Assembly: GCA_032128375.1 (NCBI GenBank) | Contig: JAQBGU010000051.1 | Coordinates: forward strand, 1-24,606 | Reading direction: 5' to 3' | Origin: Deltaproteobacteria bacterium | GTDB lineage: Bacteria > Myxococcota_A > UBA9160 > SMWR01 | DNA: 24,606 nt | Part shown: piece by piece, positions 16,673-24,606 of the stretch | Position numbering within the stretch: position 1 is the first letter of the stretch | How the letters are laid out: each line of letters begins with the position of its first letter | Notes under the pieces: model-generated | The model's database searches: none | What the model saw: only the letters and a program-made list of their open reading frames with translations | Told to the model about the DNA's origin: nothing | Translations under genes and position numbers: made by a program

Positions 16673-17656
16673 ATGAGTCGCCGGTTACCCGAGATCGATC
16701 GAGAGAAAGTTCGGACTGTCAGTGCCAGACGCCGCAAGAGCAAAGTCGGGCTCGGGGACGAGGCGACACCGCACGTAGCGGGCGCAAGCCTTGCCGTTTT
16801 TCTCGAGAACCTGCCGGGAATACTCGGCGCCCGTGATCTGCGGGCGGCCATCGCCGCGACCGCAAGGGCCCATACCGGGGGCAAGACCATCTTGTGGGGA
16901 CTCGGTGCCCATGTGATCAAGGTCGGTCTCGCTCCGCTGATCGTCGATCTTCTGGAGAGGGGCGTCATTACGGGTGTGATGATGAACGGTGCGGGCTGTG
17001 TACATGACCTCGAGCTCGCGTTGATGGGACGAACCAGCGAAGACGTCGCCGAATCTCTCGACAACGGGAGCTTCGGAATGGCGCGCGAAACCTCCGAGAA
17101 CCTGAATCGCGCGATTTCGAGCGGGTACGAGCAAGGCATCGGGATGGGGGCCGCAGTCGGCCGAGAGATTCTCGAAGGTCGCTACCCGAACAAGGATCGC
17201 TCGATTCTCGCCACCGCTGCGCGGCTAGGCGCTCCCGTCACGGTGCACGTCGCCATCGGTACCGACATCCACCATATGCATGCGAATGCCGATGGGGCGG
17301 CGTTGGGAGCGACCAGCTATCGCGATTTCGAAACGCTGACTCGTTGGGTCGCGACGCTGCAAGATGGGGTGGTCTTCAACGTGGGATCGGCGGTGATCTT
17401 GCCGGAGGTGTTCTTGAAGGCGCTCTCGCTGGCGCGCAACCTGGGGCATCCGGTTCGGCGATTCACCGCGGTAGACATCGACTTCATCCGCCAGTACCGG
17501 CCGACTGCCAACGTCGTAGCGCGTCCGACCCGACTCGGCGGGCGCGGCATCAGCTTGGTCGGACACCATGAGATCCTGCTGCCGCTGTTGGCCGCAGGGG
17601 TCGTAGAGTCGATCGAAAAGCCCCCCGCCAATCGGACCGCGAAACGGAAAGGATAG
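16673..17656 (+). CDS. Conserved hypothetical protein, probably deoxyhypusine synthase-like (DHS-like NAD-binding) fold
   Basis: Motifs LGAHVIKVGL, MNGAGCVHDLE, TSEDV..L..G.FG, HVAIGTDI.H, NVGSAVILPEVFLKAL. Fold assigned from recall; start taken at ATG 16673. Confidence 0.65.
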   Translation: MSRRLPEIDREKVRTVSARRRKSKVGLGDEATPHVAGASLAVFLENLPGILGARDLRAAIAATARAHTGGKTILWGLGAHVIKVGLAPLIVDLLERGVITGVMMNGAGCVHDLELALMGRTSEDVAESLDNGSFGMARETSENLNRAISSGYEQGIGMGAAVGREILEGRYPNKDRSILATAARLGAPVTVHVAIGTDIHHMHANADGAALGATSYRDFETLTRWVATLQDGVVFNVGSAVILPEVFLKALSLARNLGHPVRRFTAVDIDFIRQYRPTANVVARPTRLGGRGISLVGHHEILLPLLAAGVVESIEKPPANRTAKRKG

Positions 17657-17660
17657 AGCC

Positions 17661-18215
17661 TTGTCAGGTCGAATCGAGTTGTGCGAAGGAGATATCACCG
17701 AGCAAGAGGTGGACGCCATCGTCAATGCTGCCAACAGCGCGTTGGTGTTGGGCGCGGGCGTGGCGGGTGCGATCCGCGACAAAGGCGGTCCGTCGATTCA
17801 AGCCGAATGCGACGCGATCGGACCGATCGAGGTCGGCGACGCAGCCGTGACGGGTGCGGGAAACTTGAAAGCGCGTTTCGTGATCCACGCGGCGGGGATG
17901 CCACTGGGAGGGATTTGTACCGACCAGAGTATCCGCTCTTGTGTCGCCAGGAGCATGGTACTCGCCGGCGAAAACGCCTGTCGTAGCATCGCGATTCCCG
18001 CGATCGGCGCAGGGATCGGCGGGTTCTCTACCCAGCGCTGCGCCGAGATCCTGCTGGAGGAAGCCCGCATGCACCTGGCCGGTTCGACCCCTTTGGAAGA
18101 GGTGCGTTTCGTTCTGTTCGGCGAGCCGACCTATCGGATATTCGAGATGTCGAAGGATGCCGCAGCGGTTGCAGCAGGTCTCGAGAAGTTGCGCCGCAGC
18201 CGAAAAAACGGCTAG
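17661..18215 (+). CDS. Macrodomain protein (YmdB/MacroD-like ADP-ribose-binding hydrolase)
   Basis: GDIT...DAIVNAANS.L..GAGVAGAI, VIHAA and SIAIPAIGAGIGG motifs; TTG start. Confidence 0.93.
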   Translation: MSGRIELCEGDITEQEVDAIVNAANSALVLGAGVAGAIRDKGGPSIQAECDAIGPIEVGDAAVTGAGNLKARFVIHAAGMPLGGICTDQSIRSCVARSMVLAGENACRSIAIPAIGAGIGGFSTQRCAEILLEEARMHLAGSTPLEEVRFVLFGEPTYRIFEMSKDAAAVAAGLEKLRRSRKNG

Positions 18216-18317
18216 CACCCGAGCGTCCGGTGCGCTGACCGCTGGCGGCCCAGTGACCAAGAACGCGCTCTGGCTGCGCTAGGCTGTAGTGTGATGAATC
18301 ACGCCAAGGGGACATGA

Positions 18318-19115
18318 GTGGCCGTTCAGCTGCTGCAATGGACCGCCGCGCTGTATCTGAGCGCAGGTCTCGTGGCGGGTGTCGGGTTGGCGTTGGAGAC
18401 GCGACGGTTCGAACGCGTGTCTGTTGCGCTGCTGGCCTTGGGCGCAGTGCTTCACGGCATCTCCTTCTCGATGCTTCACGATCTGGTGCCGACCCCTCCG
18501 GTCACCGACATCACCGCTGCGATCTCATACATGTCCTGGGTGGGAACGCTCTCGTACCTGCTGCTACTGCGCCGGACGCGGCTGCAACGATTGATGGTGT
18601 TGGTGGCCCCGGCATCGTTTCTCGGGGCATTTCTTGCCGCGATTCGGCTCCCGGCAGCTACCGCTGCACCGGTGAGTTCGATGGGTTCTTGGCCGCACGC
18701 GCACGTATTGTTGGCCAGCGCGGGGTTGTCGCTACTCGGCCTCGCGGCCCTCGCGGGCGCGATGTTTTTGGTCGAGCATCGGCGCTTGAAGAGTAAGCGC
18801 CCCCTGCTCGGGCTCCGGATGCCGCTGCCATCACTCGAGGCGCTCGACCGGGTCAACGCGGTCACACTCTCGGTCGGATTCCCGCTCCTCACTCTGGGTG
18901 TATTGACCGGCATGATGTGGCTGCAGACGGCGTTCGGGACAATCTGGACGGGCTCTGCTCATGAGACCTGGTGCGTCGTGGCATGGGCGGTATATGGCAT
19001 TCTGGTGGGTGCACGCTTCGTGGCTCACCAGGGATCGCGCCAGGCGGCGGCAAGCGCAGTAGGTGGATTCGCGTTTCTGTTCTTTTCGGTGATCGGGATG
19101 GAGCTGATCGTTTGA
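18318..19115 (+). CDS. Cytochrome c assembly protein family membrane protein (CcsA/HemX/YpjD-like)
   Basis: About 8 TM segments, LPSLEALDR, GFPLLTLGVLTGMMW; located directly upstream of hemA. Confidence 0.88.
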   Translation: MAVQLLQWTAALYLSAGLVAGVGLALETRRFERVSVALLALGAVLHGISFSMLHDLVPTPPVTDITAAISYMSWVGTLSYLLLLRRTRLQRLMVLVAPASFLGAFLAAIRLPAATAAPVSSMGSWPHAHVLLASAGLSLLGLAALAGAMFLVEHRRLKSKRPLLGLRMPLPSLEALDRVNAVTLSVGFPLLTLGVLTGMMWLQTAFGTIWTGSAHETWCVVAWAVYGILVGARFVAHQGSRQAAASAVGGFAFLFFSVIGMELIV

Positions 19116-20464
19116 AGATCATCTTGCTGGGAATGAACCACCACAGCGCACCAGTCGCCATCCGCGAACAGCTTGCTGTCGACGCTGCGGGGCCGCTGCT
19201 ACAGAAACTGGTTTCGTGCGACGAGATCGACGAGGCGGTGTTGTTTTCCACCTGCAATCGGGTCGAGGTGGTTTGTTTCACCCGTTCTCTCGAGGGCGCA
19301 CGGATGCGTTTGCGTTCGTTCTTCCGGCGCGAACTCGCTGCTGATGGCTTACCAGACGATTGCGACCTCGAAGAGCTGACCTACGAGCTGATCGATGGGC
19401 AAGCCATGCGCCATGTGCTTCGGGTGGCGTCCGCACTCGACTCGATGGTGATAGGCGAACCACAGATCCTCGGCCAGACCAAGGACGCGTTTCGCACTGC
19501 AGTCGACTGCGGCGCGACAGGACCGATCCTGAGCCGGCTCTTTCAGCACGCATTCCAGACCGCCAAGCGGGTTCGAACCGAGACACGGGTCGCCGAGCGG
19601 CCGGTGTCGGTTGCTCGGGTCGCGGTCGATTTGGCCAAGCAGATCTTCGAAGATTTTTCTGACAAGCGAGCGCTCTTGATCGGCGCGGGCGAGATGATCG
19701 AACTGGCGCTCGAATCGCTGCGCCGGGAGGGGCTCGATGCGATCTGCGTTGCCAACCGCACCGAGTCGCGCGCAGCCGAACTGGCCGAAAAGTATGCAGC
19801 CCGGGCCTATGGGCTCGATCAACTCGACGAGCTGCTGGCCGAAGCCGATGTCGTACTGACGTCGATTGGCGCCAACGAGCCGATCCTGACAGTCCCACGG
19901 GTATCGAAAGCGCTCCTCCAGCGCAGCCATCGACCGCTGTTCGTGATCGACATCGGCGTACCGCGCAACGCTGACCCCGAGATTGACGGCCTCGATAATG
20001 TATTCCGATACGACCTCGACGATCTTTATTCGGCAGCCAGTCAAAACGCGGAGCTGCGCCAGCGTGAGAGCGAGCGAGCCGAGGCCATTGTCCGCGAGGA
20101 GCAGCAACGCTTCGAAGGCTGGTTTGCGACCCTGCGCGCTGTACCGACGATCCGTCACTTGCGCGAGCGGATCGAGAGCATCCGAATCGGTGAACTCGAG
20201 CGCTCGCTATCGCGGCTTGGACTCGACGAAGCGGGCCACGCCCGGGTCGACGCGCTCACGAAGTCGATCGTGAACAAGATCCTGCACGTACCCATTTCGC
20301 GGTTGCGTCAGGAAGCGGAGCGCGAAGAGGGGATGGCCTACCTGGAGGCCACTCGCGCGCTGTTCGACTTGGACGACACCCTGGACGACGCCCTGGATGA
20401 CGCCCTGGATGACGCCCCCGTTGCCGCCGCGGACGACGATCCCACACGAAGTGACGTCGAGTGA
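19112..20464 (+). CDS. hemA: Glutamyl-tRNA reductase
   Basis: GMNHHSAPVAIRE, STCNRVE (catalytic Cys), LDSMVIGEPQILGQ, IGAGEM, DIGVPRN. TTG start overlaps the upstream TGA. Confidence 0.97.
   Translation: MKIILLGMNHHSAPVAIREQLAVDAAGPLLQKLVSCDEIDEAVLFSTCNRVEVVCFTRSLEGARMRLRSFFRRELAADGLPDDCDLEELTYELIDGQAMRHVLRVASALDSMVIGEPQILGQTKDAFRTAVDCGATGPILSRLFQHAFQTAKRVRTETRVAERPVSVARVAVDLAKQIFEDFSDKRALLIGAGEMIELALESLRREGLDAICVANRTESRAAELAEKYAARAYGLDQLDELLAEADVVLTSIGANEPILTVPRVSKALLQRSHRPLFVIDIGVPRNADPEIDGLDNVFRYDLDDLYSAASQNAELRQRESERAEAIVREEQQRFEGWFATLRAVPTIRHLRERIESIRIGELERSLSRLGLDEAGHARVDALTKSIVNKILHVPISRLRQEAEREEGMAYLEATRALFDLDDTLDDALDDALDDAPVAAADDDPTRSDVE
20369..20416 (+). repeat. 12-bp in-frame tandem repeat x4 encoding LDDT-LDDA-LDDA-LDDA in the HemA C-terminal tail
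   Basis: TTGGACGACACC CTGGACGACGCC CTGGATGACGCC CTGGATGACGCC. Confidence 0.9.
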
Positions 20465-21420
20465 GGTGTATTCGGATTGCGACACGGGGCAGTGATCTTG
20501 CATTGTTCCAAGCCCACTACGTCGCTGGCCGTATCCAAGCAGAGCTGGGCGCCGAGACCGAGTTCGTCGTGATCAATACGACCGGTGATCAGATCCAGAA
20601 TGTTTCGCTCGCCAAAATTGGTGGGAAGGGTTTGTTCGTCAAAGAGATCGAGGAAGCGCTGCTCGACGGCCGCGCGGATGTTGCGGTGCACAGCGCCAAG
20701 GATCTGCCCGCGCTGCTGGCGGAGGGCCTCGCGTTGGTGGCGTTCCCGCAGCGCGCCGACTGTCGCGATGCGCTGGTGGGGCGCTCGCACGGCGCATCGG
20801 TCGCCGAGCTTCCGGTGGGCGCGCGTGTGGGGACTGGGAGTGCACGCCGCGGGGCCCAGCTTCGCTGTGTCCGCCCGGATCTCGAGATCGTGCCTTTGCG
20901 CGGCAATGTTCCGACTCGGTTGCGGAAGCTCGATTCCGATGACCTCGCTGCGGTCGTGCTCGCGTGTGCCGGGCTCGATCGGCTGGGGCTCGGCGATCGC
21001 ATCGACGAGCGGATATCGCCGACAACGATGCTCCCGGCGATCGCGCAGGGCGCCCTCGCTTTGGAGGTACGTTGCGACGACCCGATCGGTCGGGACATCG
21101 CGAAGCTCGATGATCGCGATACTGCAATCTGTGTCGCTGCCGAGCGCGGCTTTCTGTTGGGGATTGGCGGCGACTGCACCGTGCCGCTGGCGTGCCTCGC
21201 TGAACTGTCCGATACCCGGAAACTTCGCGTGCGGGCGCTGTTGGCGTCCACCGATGGTTCGAAGATTCTTCGCGATGAACTCGAACTCGACCTGGGAACC
21301 GGCTCGCAACAGTCTGATGGGGAAATTGCGGCTGGCGGAGGCGCACGTCTCGCGCAAGGCGTGCTGGCGGCGGGCGGAAGCCAGCTGCTCGAACAGCTAC
21401 GGAGTGAGGCGGAGGCGTGA
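20461..21420 (+). CDS. hemC: Hydroxymethylbilane synthase (porphobilinogen deaminase)
   Basis: IATRGSDLALFQA, GGKGLFVKEIE, AVHSAKD, LRGNVPTRL, GGDCTVP (cofactor-binding Cys). Confidence 0.97.
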   Translation: MRCIRIATRGSDLALFQAHYVAGRIQAELGAETEFVVINTTGDQIQNVSLAKIGGKGLFVKEIEEALLDGRADVAVHSAKDLPALLAEGLALVAFPQRADCRDALVGRSHGASVAELPVGARVGTGSARRGAQLRCVRPDLEIVPLRGNVPTRLRKLDSDDLAAVVLACAGLDRLGLGDRIDERISPTTMLPAIAQGALALEVRCDDPIGRDIAKLDDRDTAICVAAERGFLLGIGGDCTVPLACLAELSDTRKLRVRALLASTDGSKILRDELELDLGTGSQQSDGEIAAGGGARLAQGVLAAGGSQLLEQLRSEAEA

Positions 21421-22985
21421 GCGGACCGGCTGGTCCGCCTGCGGTCGGGAAAGTCATTCTGGTTGGCGCGGGACCCGGCGATCCGGATCTGATCACCGTG
21501 CGCGGCGCAGCGGTGCTGGGCGAAGCCGACGTCGTCGTGTACGACGCGCTAGCGGCGCCAGCGTTACTCGAGATCGCGCCCAAAGCAGCCGAACGGGTAA
21601 ACGTGGGCAAGCGGGGTCATGATGAGCCGACTCGGTCGCAGAGTGATATCAACGCGTTGTTGGTGGAATTGGCTCGTGCGGGCAAGAACGTAGTGCGACT
21701 CAAAGGAGGCGACCCCTTCGTATTCGGCCGCGGCGGAGAAGAGGCGATGGCTTGCTTCGATGCCGGGGTGCCGTTCGAGGTCGTTCCGGGTGTTTCGTCG
21801 GTGTTCGGCGCGCTCGCCTACGCCGGCATTCCGATCACTGATCGGCGATATTCGGCCTCGTTCGCAGTCGTCACCGGCCACAAGGATCCCACCCGAGTGT
21901 CGAAGGAGACCCGCTGGCGCGAGCTCGCGAGTGCTGCCGACACGATGGTGATCCTGATGGGGATGCGCAACCTCGAGTCGTTGATTGATCGCCTGCTAGA
22001 CGGTGGACGCTCGCACGAGACGCCCGCAGCCGCGATCATGAACGGTACGTTGCCGACCCAGCGGGTTGTCGAAGCTCCGCTCGGTGAACTAGCGAAAGCC
22101 GTGGCGGACGCGGGAATCGGTGCGCCGGCCGCGGTGGTGATCGGAGAGGTGGTCCGGTTGCGCGAAAAACTGGCCTGGTACGAACGGCGACCGCTGTTCG
22201 GTTGCCGCGTGCTGGTGACACGCGCAATCGACCAGGCGGCCGAAATCGTTCGAGCGTTGCGCCATGCCGGAGCGCAGCCGATTGTGATTCCGATGATCGA
22301 GACAGTTCCCGCCAAGGACCGAAGCGGCGTTGATACGGCGCTACGCATGATTCGAGATTACGATGCAGTGCTGTTTTCCAGCGTGAATGCAGTGCGCTTT
22401 TTCGCAGAGCGTGCTTCCCAGCTCGGTGTCCCGTTGCAAGCGACAGCGCCGGCCATCGCGTGCGTCGGGCCACAGACAGCGGCCGCGGCGCGCGAACGAG
22501 GTCTCTGCGTTGCGATTACCCCAGCCGAGCAGTTCGACGCAGCGGGCCTGGTCGAGGCCGTCCGGTCGGCTTGGGGGGGCGAGGGACGACGCTATCTGCT
22601 GCCGCAGGCCGAAGCCGCGCGTCCGGTACTACGCGATGGCTTGTGTGCTGCCGGAGCGCGTGTTGACACTGTGACCGCTTACCAGACGATTGCGCCGGAA
22701 GTCGACGGGCAATCCCTTCGCGACCGGTTGGTGCGAGGCGACCTGGACGCGCTGACGTTCACCAGTCCATCGACGGTGACGAATTTCGCGGCACTGCTCG
22801 ATGAGGAGTCGAAGCGCGCCGCGCGCGCTTGCCGGATCGCAGCGATTGGACCGGTCACCGCGGACGCGCTGCGTGCGGTTGGGTTCGATCCTCGAGTCAT
22901 CCCCGAGCACGCGACGGTGCCGGATCTGGTGTCGGCGCTGGCCGCTTCAATGAGTGAGCGGTCCGGGTTGGGGGAGTCACCATGA
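21417..22985 (+). CDS. cobA: Fused uroporphyrinogen-III C-methyltransferase / uroporphyrinogen-III synthase (CobA-HemD)
   Basis: VGAGPGDPDLIT and VRLKGGDPFVFGRGGEE, then a HemD half (VLVTRA, FSSVNAV, FTSPSTV, AIGPVTA). Confidence 0.95.
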   Translation: MSGPAGPPAVGKVILVGAGPGDPDLITVRGAAVLGEADVVVYDALAAPALLEIAPKAAERVNVGKRGHDEPTRSQSDINALLVELARAGKNVVRLKGGDPFVFGRGGEEAMACFDAGVPFEVVPGVSSVFGALAYAGIPITDRRYSASFAVVTGHKDPTRVSKETRWRELASAADTMVILMGMRNLESLIDRLLDGGRSHETPAAAIMNGTLPTQRVVEAPLGELAKAVADAGIGAPAAVVIGEVVRLREKLAWYERRPLFGCRVLVTRAIDQAAEIVRALRHAGAQPIVIPMIETVPAKDRSGVDTALRMIRDYDAVLFSSVNAVRFFAERASQLGVPLQATAPAIACVGPQTAAAARERGLCVAITPAEQFDAAGLVEAVRSAWGGEGRRYLLPQAEAARPVLRDGLCAAGARVDTVTAYQTIAPEVDGQSLRDRLVRGDLDALTFTSPSTVTNFAALLDEESKRAARACRIAAIGPVTADALRAVGFDPRVIPEHATVPDLVSALAASMSERSGLGESP

Positions 22986-23051
22986 GTTATCTACAATGAG
23001 CTGTCTGCAATGAGCTGTCTGCAATGAGCTATCTGCAATGAGCTATCCGAT
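22982..23051 (+). repeat. 14-bp tandem repeat (consensus ATGAGCTRTCTGCA) x4; a fifth degenerate copy is the hemB start
   Basis: Units start at 22982, 22996, 23010, 23024 and 23038. Confidence 0.95.
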
Positions 23052-24012
23052 CACACGCATGCGTAGACTGCGCCGAACCGAGACGCTTCGTCGGATGGTT
23101 CGTGAGACACGTCTTTGCCGAGACGATCTGATTCTCCCGCTGTTTGTGGTCGAGGGCAGCGGAGTGCGGGAACCGATCTCTTCGATGCCAGGTGTGTTTC
23201 GTTATTCGGTCGACACGCTTGTCAGCGAAGCCAAACGAGTTCGCGATGCGGGCGTTCCGGGCGTGATGCTGTTCGGGATCCCCAGCGAAAAGGACGCACG
23301 CGGGTCCGGCGCCGACGCGGCAGATGGGATCGTGCAGCGCGCGGTCGAGGGGATCAAGTCCGCGCAACCCGACCTGTGCGTGATGACAGATGTCTGCTTG
23401 TGCGAATACACCGATCACGGTCACTGCGGGATCGTCGAGGCGGAATACGTGCAAAACGACCCATCGGTCGAGCGGTTGGCTGCGACAGCACTGTCTCATG
23501 CGCGCGCCGGTGCGGATATCGTCGCGCCTTCGGACATGATGGACGGTCGCGTCGCGGCGATCCGCGCAGCGTTGGATCAGCATGGTTTCGAGGATGTCGC
23601 GATCCTCGCCTACGCGGCGAAGTTCGCCAGCGCATTCTATGGCCCGTTCCGTGAAGCCGCCGAAAGCACGCCCCAATTCGGAGATCGACGCAGCTACCAG
23701 ATGGATCCACCGAATCGGCGCGAGGCGCTGCGCGAGATGCGACTCGATTTGGACGAGGGAGCGGATGTCTTGATGGTCAAGCCGGCGCTTGCCTACCTCG
23801 ACGTGCTGGCTGATGCGCGACGTGAGTTCGACGTGCCTCTCGCCGCCTACCATGTCAGCGGCGAGTACGCGATGATCCATGCCGCCGCCGAGCGCGGTTG
23901 GATTGACGGCGACCGCGCGATGGACGAAGCGCTGGTCTCGATCAAGCGCGCCGGCGCCGATTGGATTCTCAGCTACGCGGCGGTCGAAGTGGCCGGCCGC
24001 CTCAAAGCCTGA
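23038..24012 (+). CDS. hemB: Porphobilinogen synthase (ALA dehydratase), Zn-dependent type
   Basis: [20 protein letters not shown] (three Cys), [33 protein letters not shown]. Confidence 0.98.
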   Translation: MSYPITRMRRLRRTETLRRMVRETRLCRDDLILPLFVVEGSGVREPISSMPGVFRYSVDTLVSEAKRVRDAGVPGVMLFGIPSEKDARGSGADAADGIVQRAVEGIKSAQPDLCVMTDVCLCEYTDHGHCGIVEAEYVQNDPSVERLAATALSHARAGADIVAPSDMMDGRVAAIRAALDQHGFEDVAILAYAAKFASAFYGPFREAAESTPQFGDRRSYQMDPPNRREALREMRLDLDEGADVLMVKPALAYLDVLADARREFDVPLAAYHVSGEYAMIHAAAERGWIDGDRAMDEALVSIKRAGADWILSYAAVEVAGRLKA

Positions 24013-24027
24013 GTCGCGCGGAACCCG

Positions 24028-24216
24028 ATGGCTGTCGAATACAAAGTCGTAGAAATCGCCAACGTCACAGACGAAGAGATCGAAGTCGTCCTGAATGAAT
24101 GGAGCGAAAAGGGCTGGACGTTTGACACGTTGCAGTTCGCGATGCGCGACTCGTCGCGTCGACCCAGCATGGCCTTCGCGACGTTTACCAGGCCCATGGG
24201 CTCGGACGAAGGCTGA
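24028..24216 (+). CDS. Small DUF4177-like protein
   Basis: 62 aa with the EYKVVE...IE..LNEW..KGW pattern and MAF..F.R at the C-terminus. Confidence 0.75.
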   Translation: MAVEYKVVEIANVTDEEIEVVLNEWSEKGWTFDTLQFAMRDSSRRPSMAFATFTRPMGSDEG

Positions 24217-24468
24217 CCTCCTGACCCACGAATCGTCCGTGTCTCAGTCGTCCGCGACCTGAAGCGCGTATCCCTTTGGAGAATCCAAAAAATTCGATGC
24301 GCGCGGGTTTCTTTGACACGAATCGAATTTGGTTGAAATGGAGACGGGCTCTCGTGGTAGAATCCGCAAGCGTGCAGAAGAACCAGAAGACGGGCTTTCT
24401 TGATGGGAAGGGGACGCCGGGCCAGCTGGATACTGATGCTAGAGATCGCTGGATAGAGATCAGATAGA

Positions 24469-24606
24469 GACAGGTACAGAAGGACAGGTACAGAAGGACA
24501 GGTACAGAAGGACAGGTACAGAAGGACAGGTACAGAAGGACAGGTACAGAAGAAGGACAGGTACAGAAGGACAGGTACAGAAGGACAGGTACAGAAGGAC
24601 AGGTAC
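24469..24606. repeat. 14-bp minisatellite GACAGGTACAGAAG, 9 full copies plus a partial copy, truncated by the window end
   Basis: Exact copies from 24469, with one extra AAG at 24553-24555 after copy 6. Confidence 0.97.

Noticed and set aside
18971..19111. N-terminal extension of HemA
   Set aside because: It overlaps the ccsA-like gene; HemA homology starts at TTG 19112.
24276..24467. 63-aa ORF
   Set aside because: Lower GC than the coding regions, TTG start without a clear RBS, and no recognisable motif; probably intergenic.
24469..24606. CRISPR array
   Set aside because: Contiguous 14-bp units with no spacers and no cas genes in the window.

Overview
High-GC bacterial window; the hem gene order and cobA/hemD fusion suggest Myxococcota or a related deltaproteobacterial lineage (inference). 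1-15245 (+) is a cell-envelope locus. It holds the 3' end of a small upstream gene, an Agl-Glt/Tol-Exb-like motor module (one ExbB/TolQ, two ExbD/TolR, one AgmX/PglI TonB-like transducer) and a c-di-GMP-I riboswitch. After the riboswitch come a ~2200-aa secreted DUF11/isopeptide/SdrD-B repeat adhesin-like protein and a coupled 1700-aa protein with tandem OmpA-like domains and a very large predicted outer-membrane beta-barrel. Together these may form an uncharacterised PMF-powered adhesin export/display system. 15.3-24.2 kb is mostly housekeeping: TPR protein, trxA, a DHS-like protein, a macrodomain protein, ccsA/hemX-like, hemA, hemC, cobA-hemD, hemB and a DUF4177-like protein. Several 12-15 bp tandem repeats occur. 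One forms a chain of ATGA-overlapping pentapeptide mini-ORFs leading into hemB, and another 14-bp array runs off the window end.
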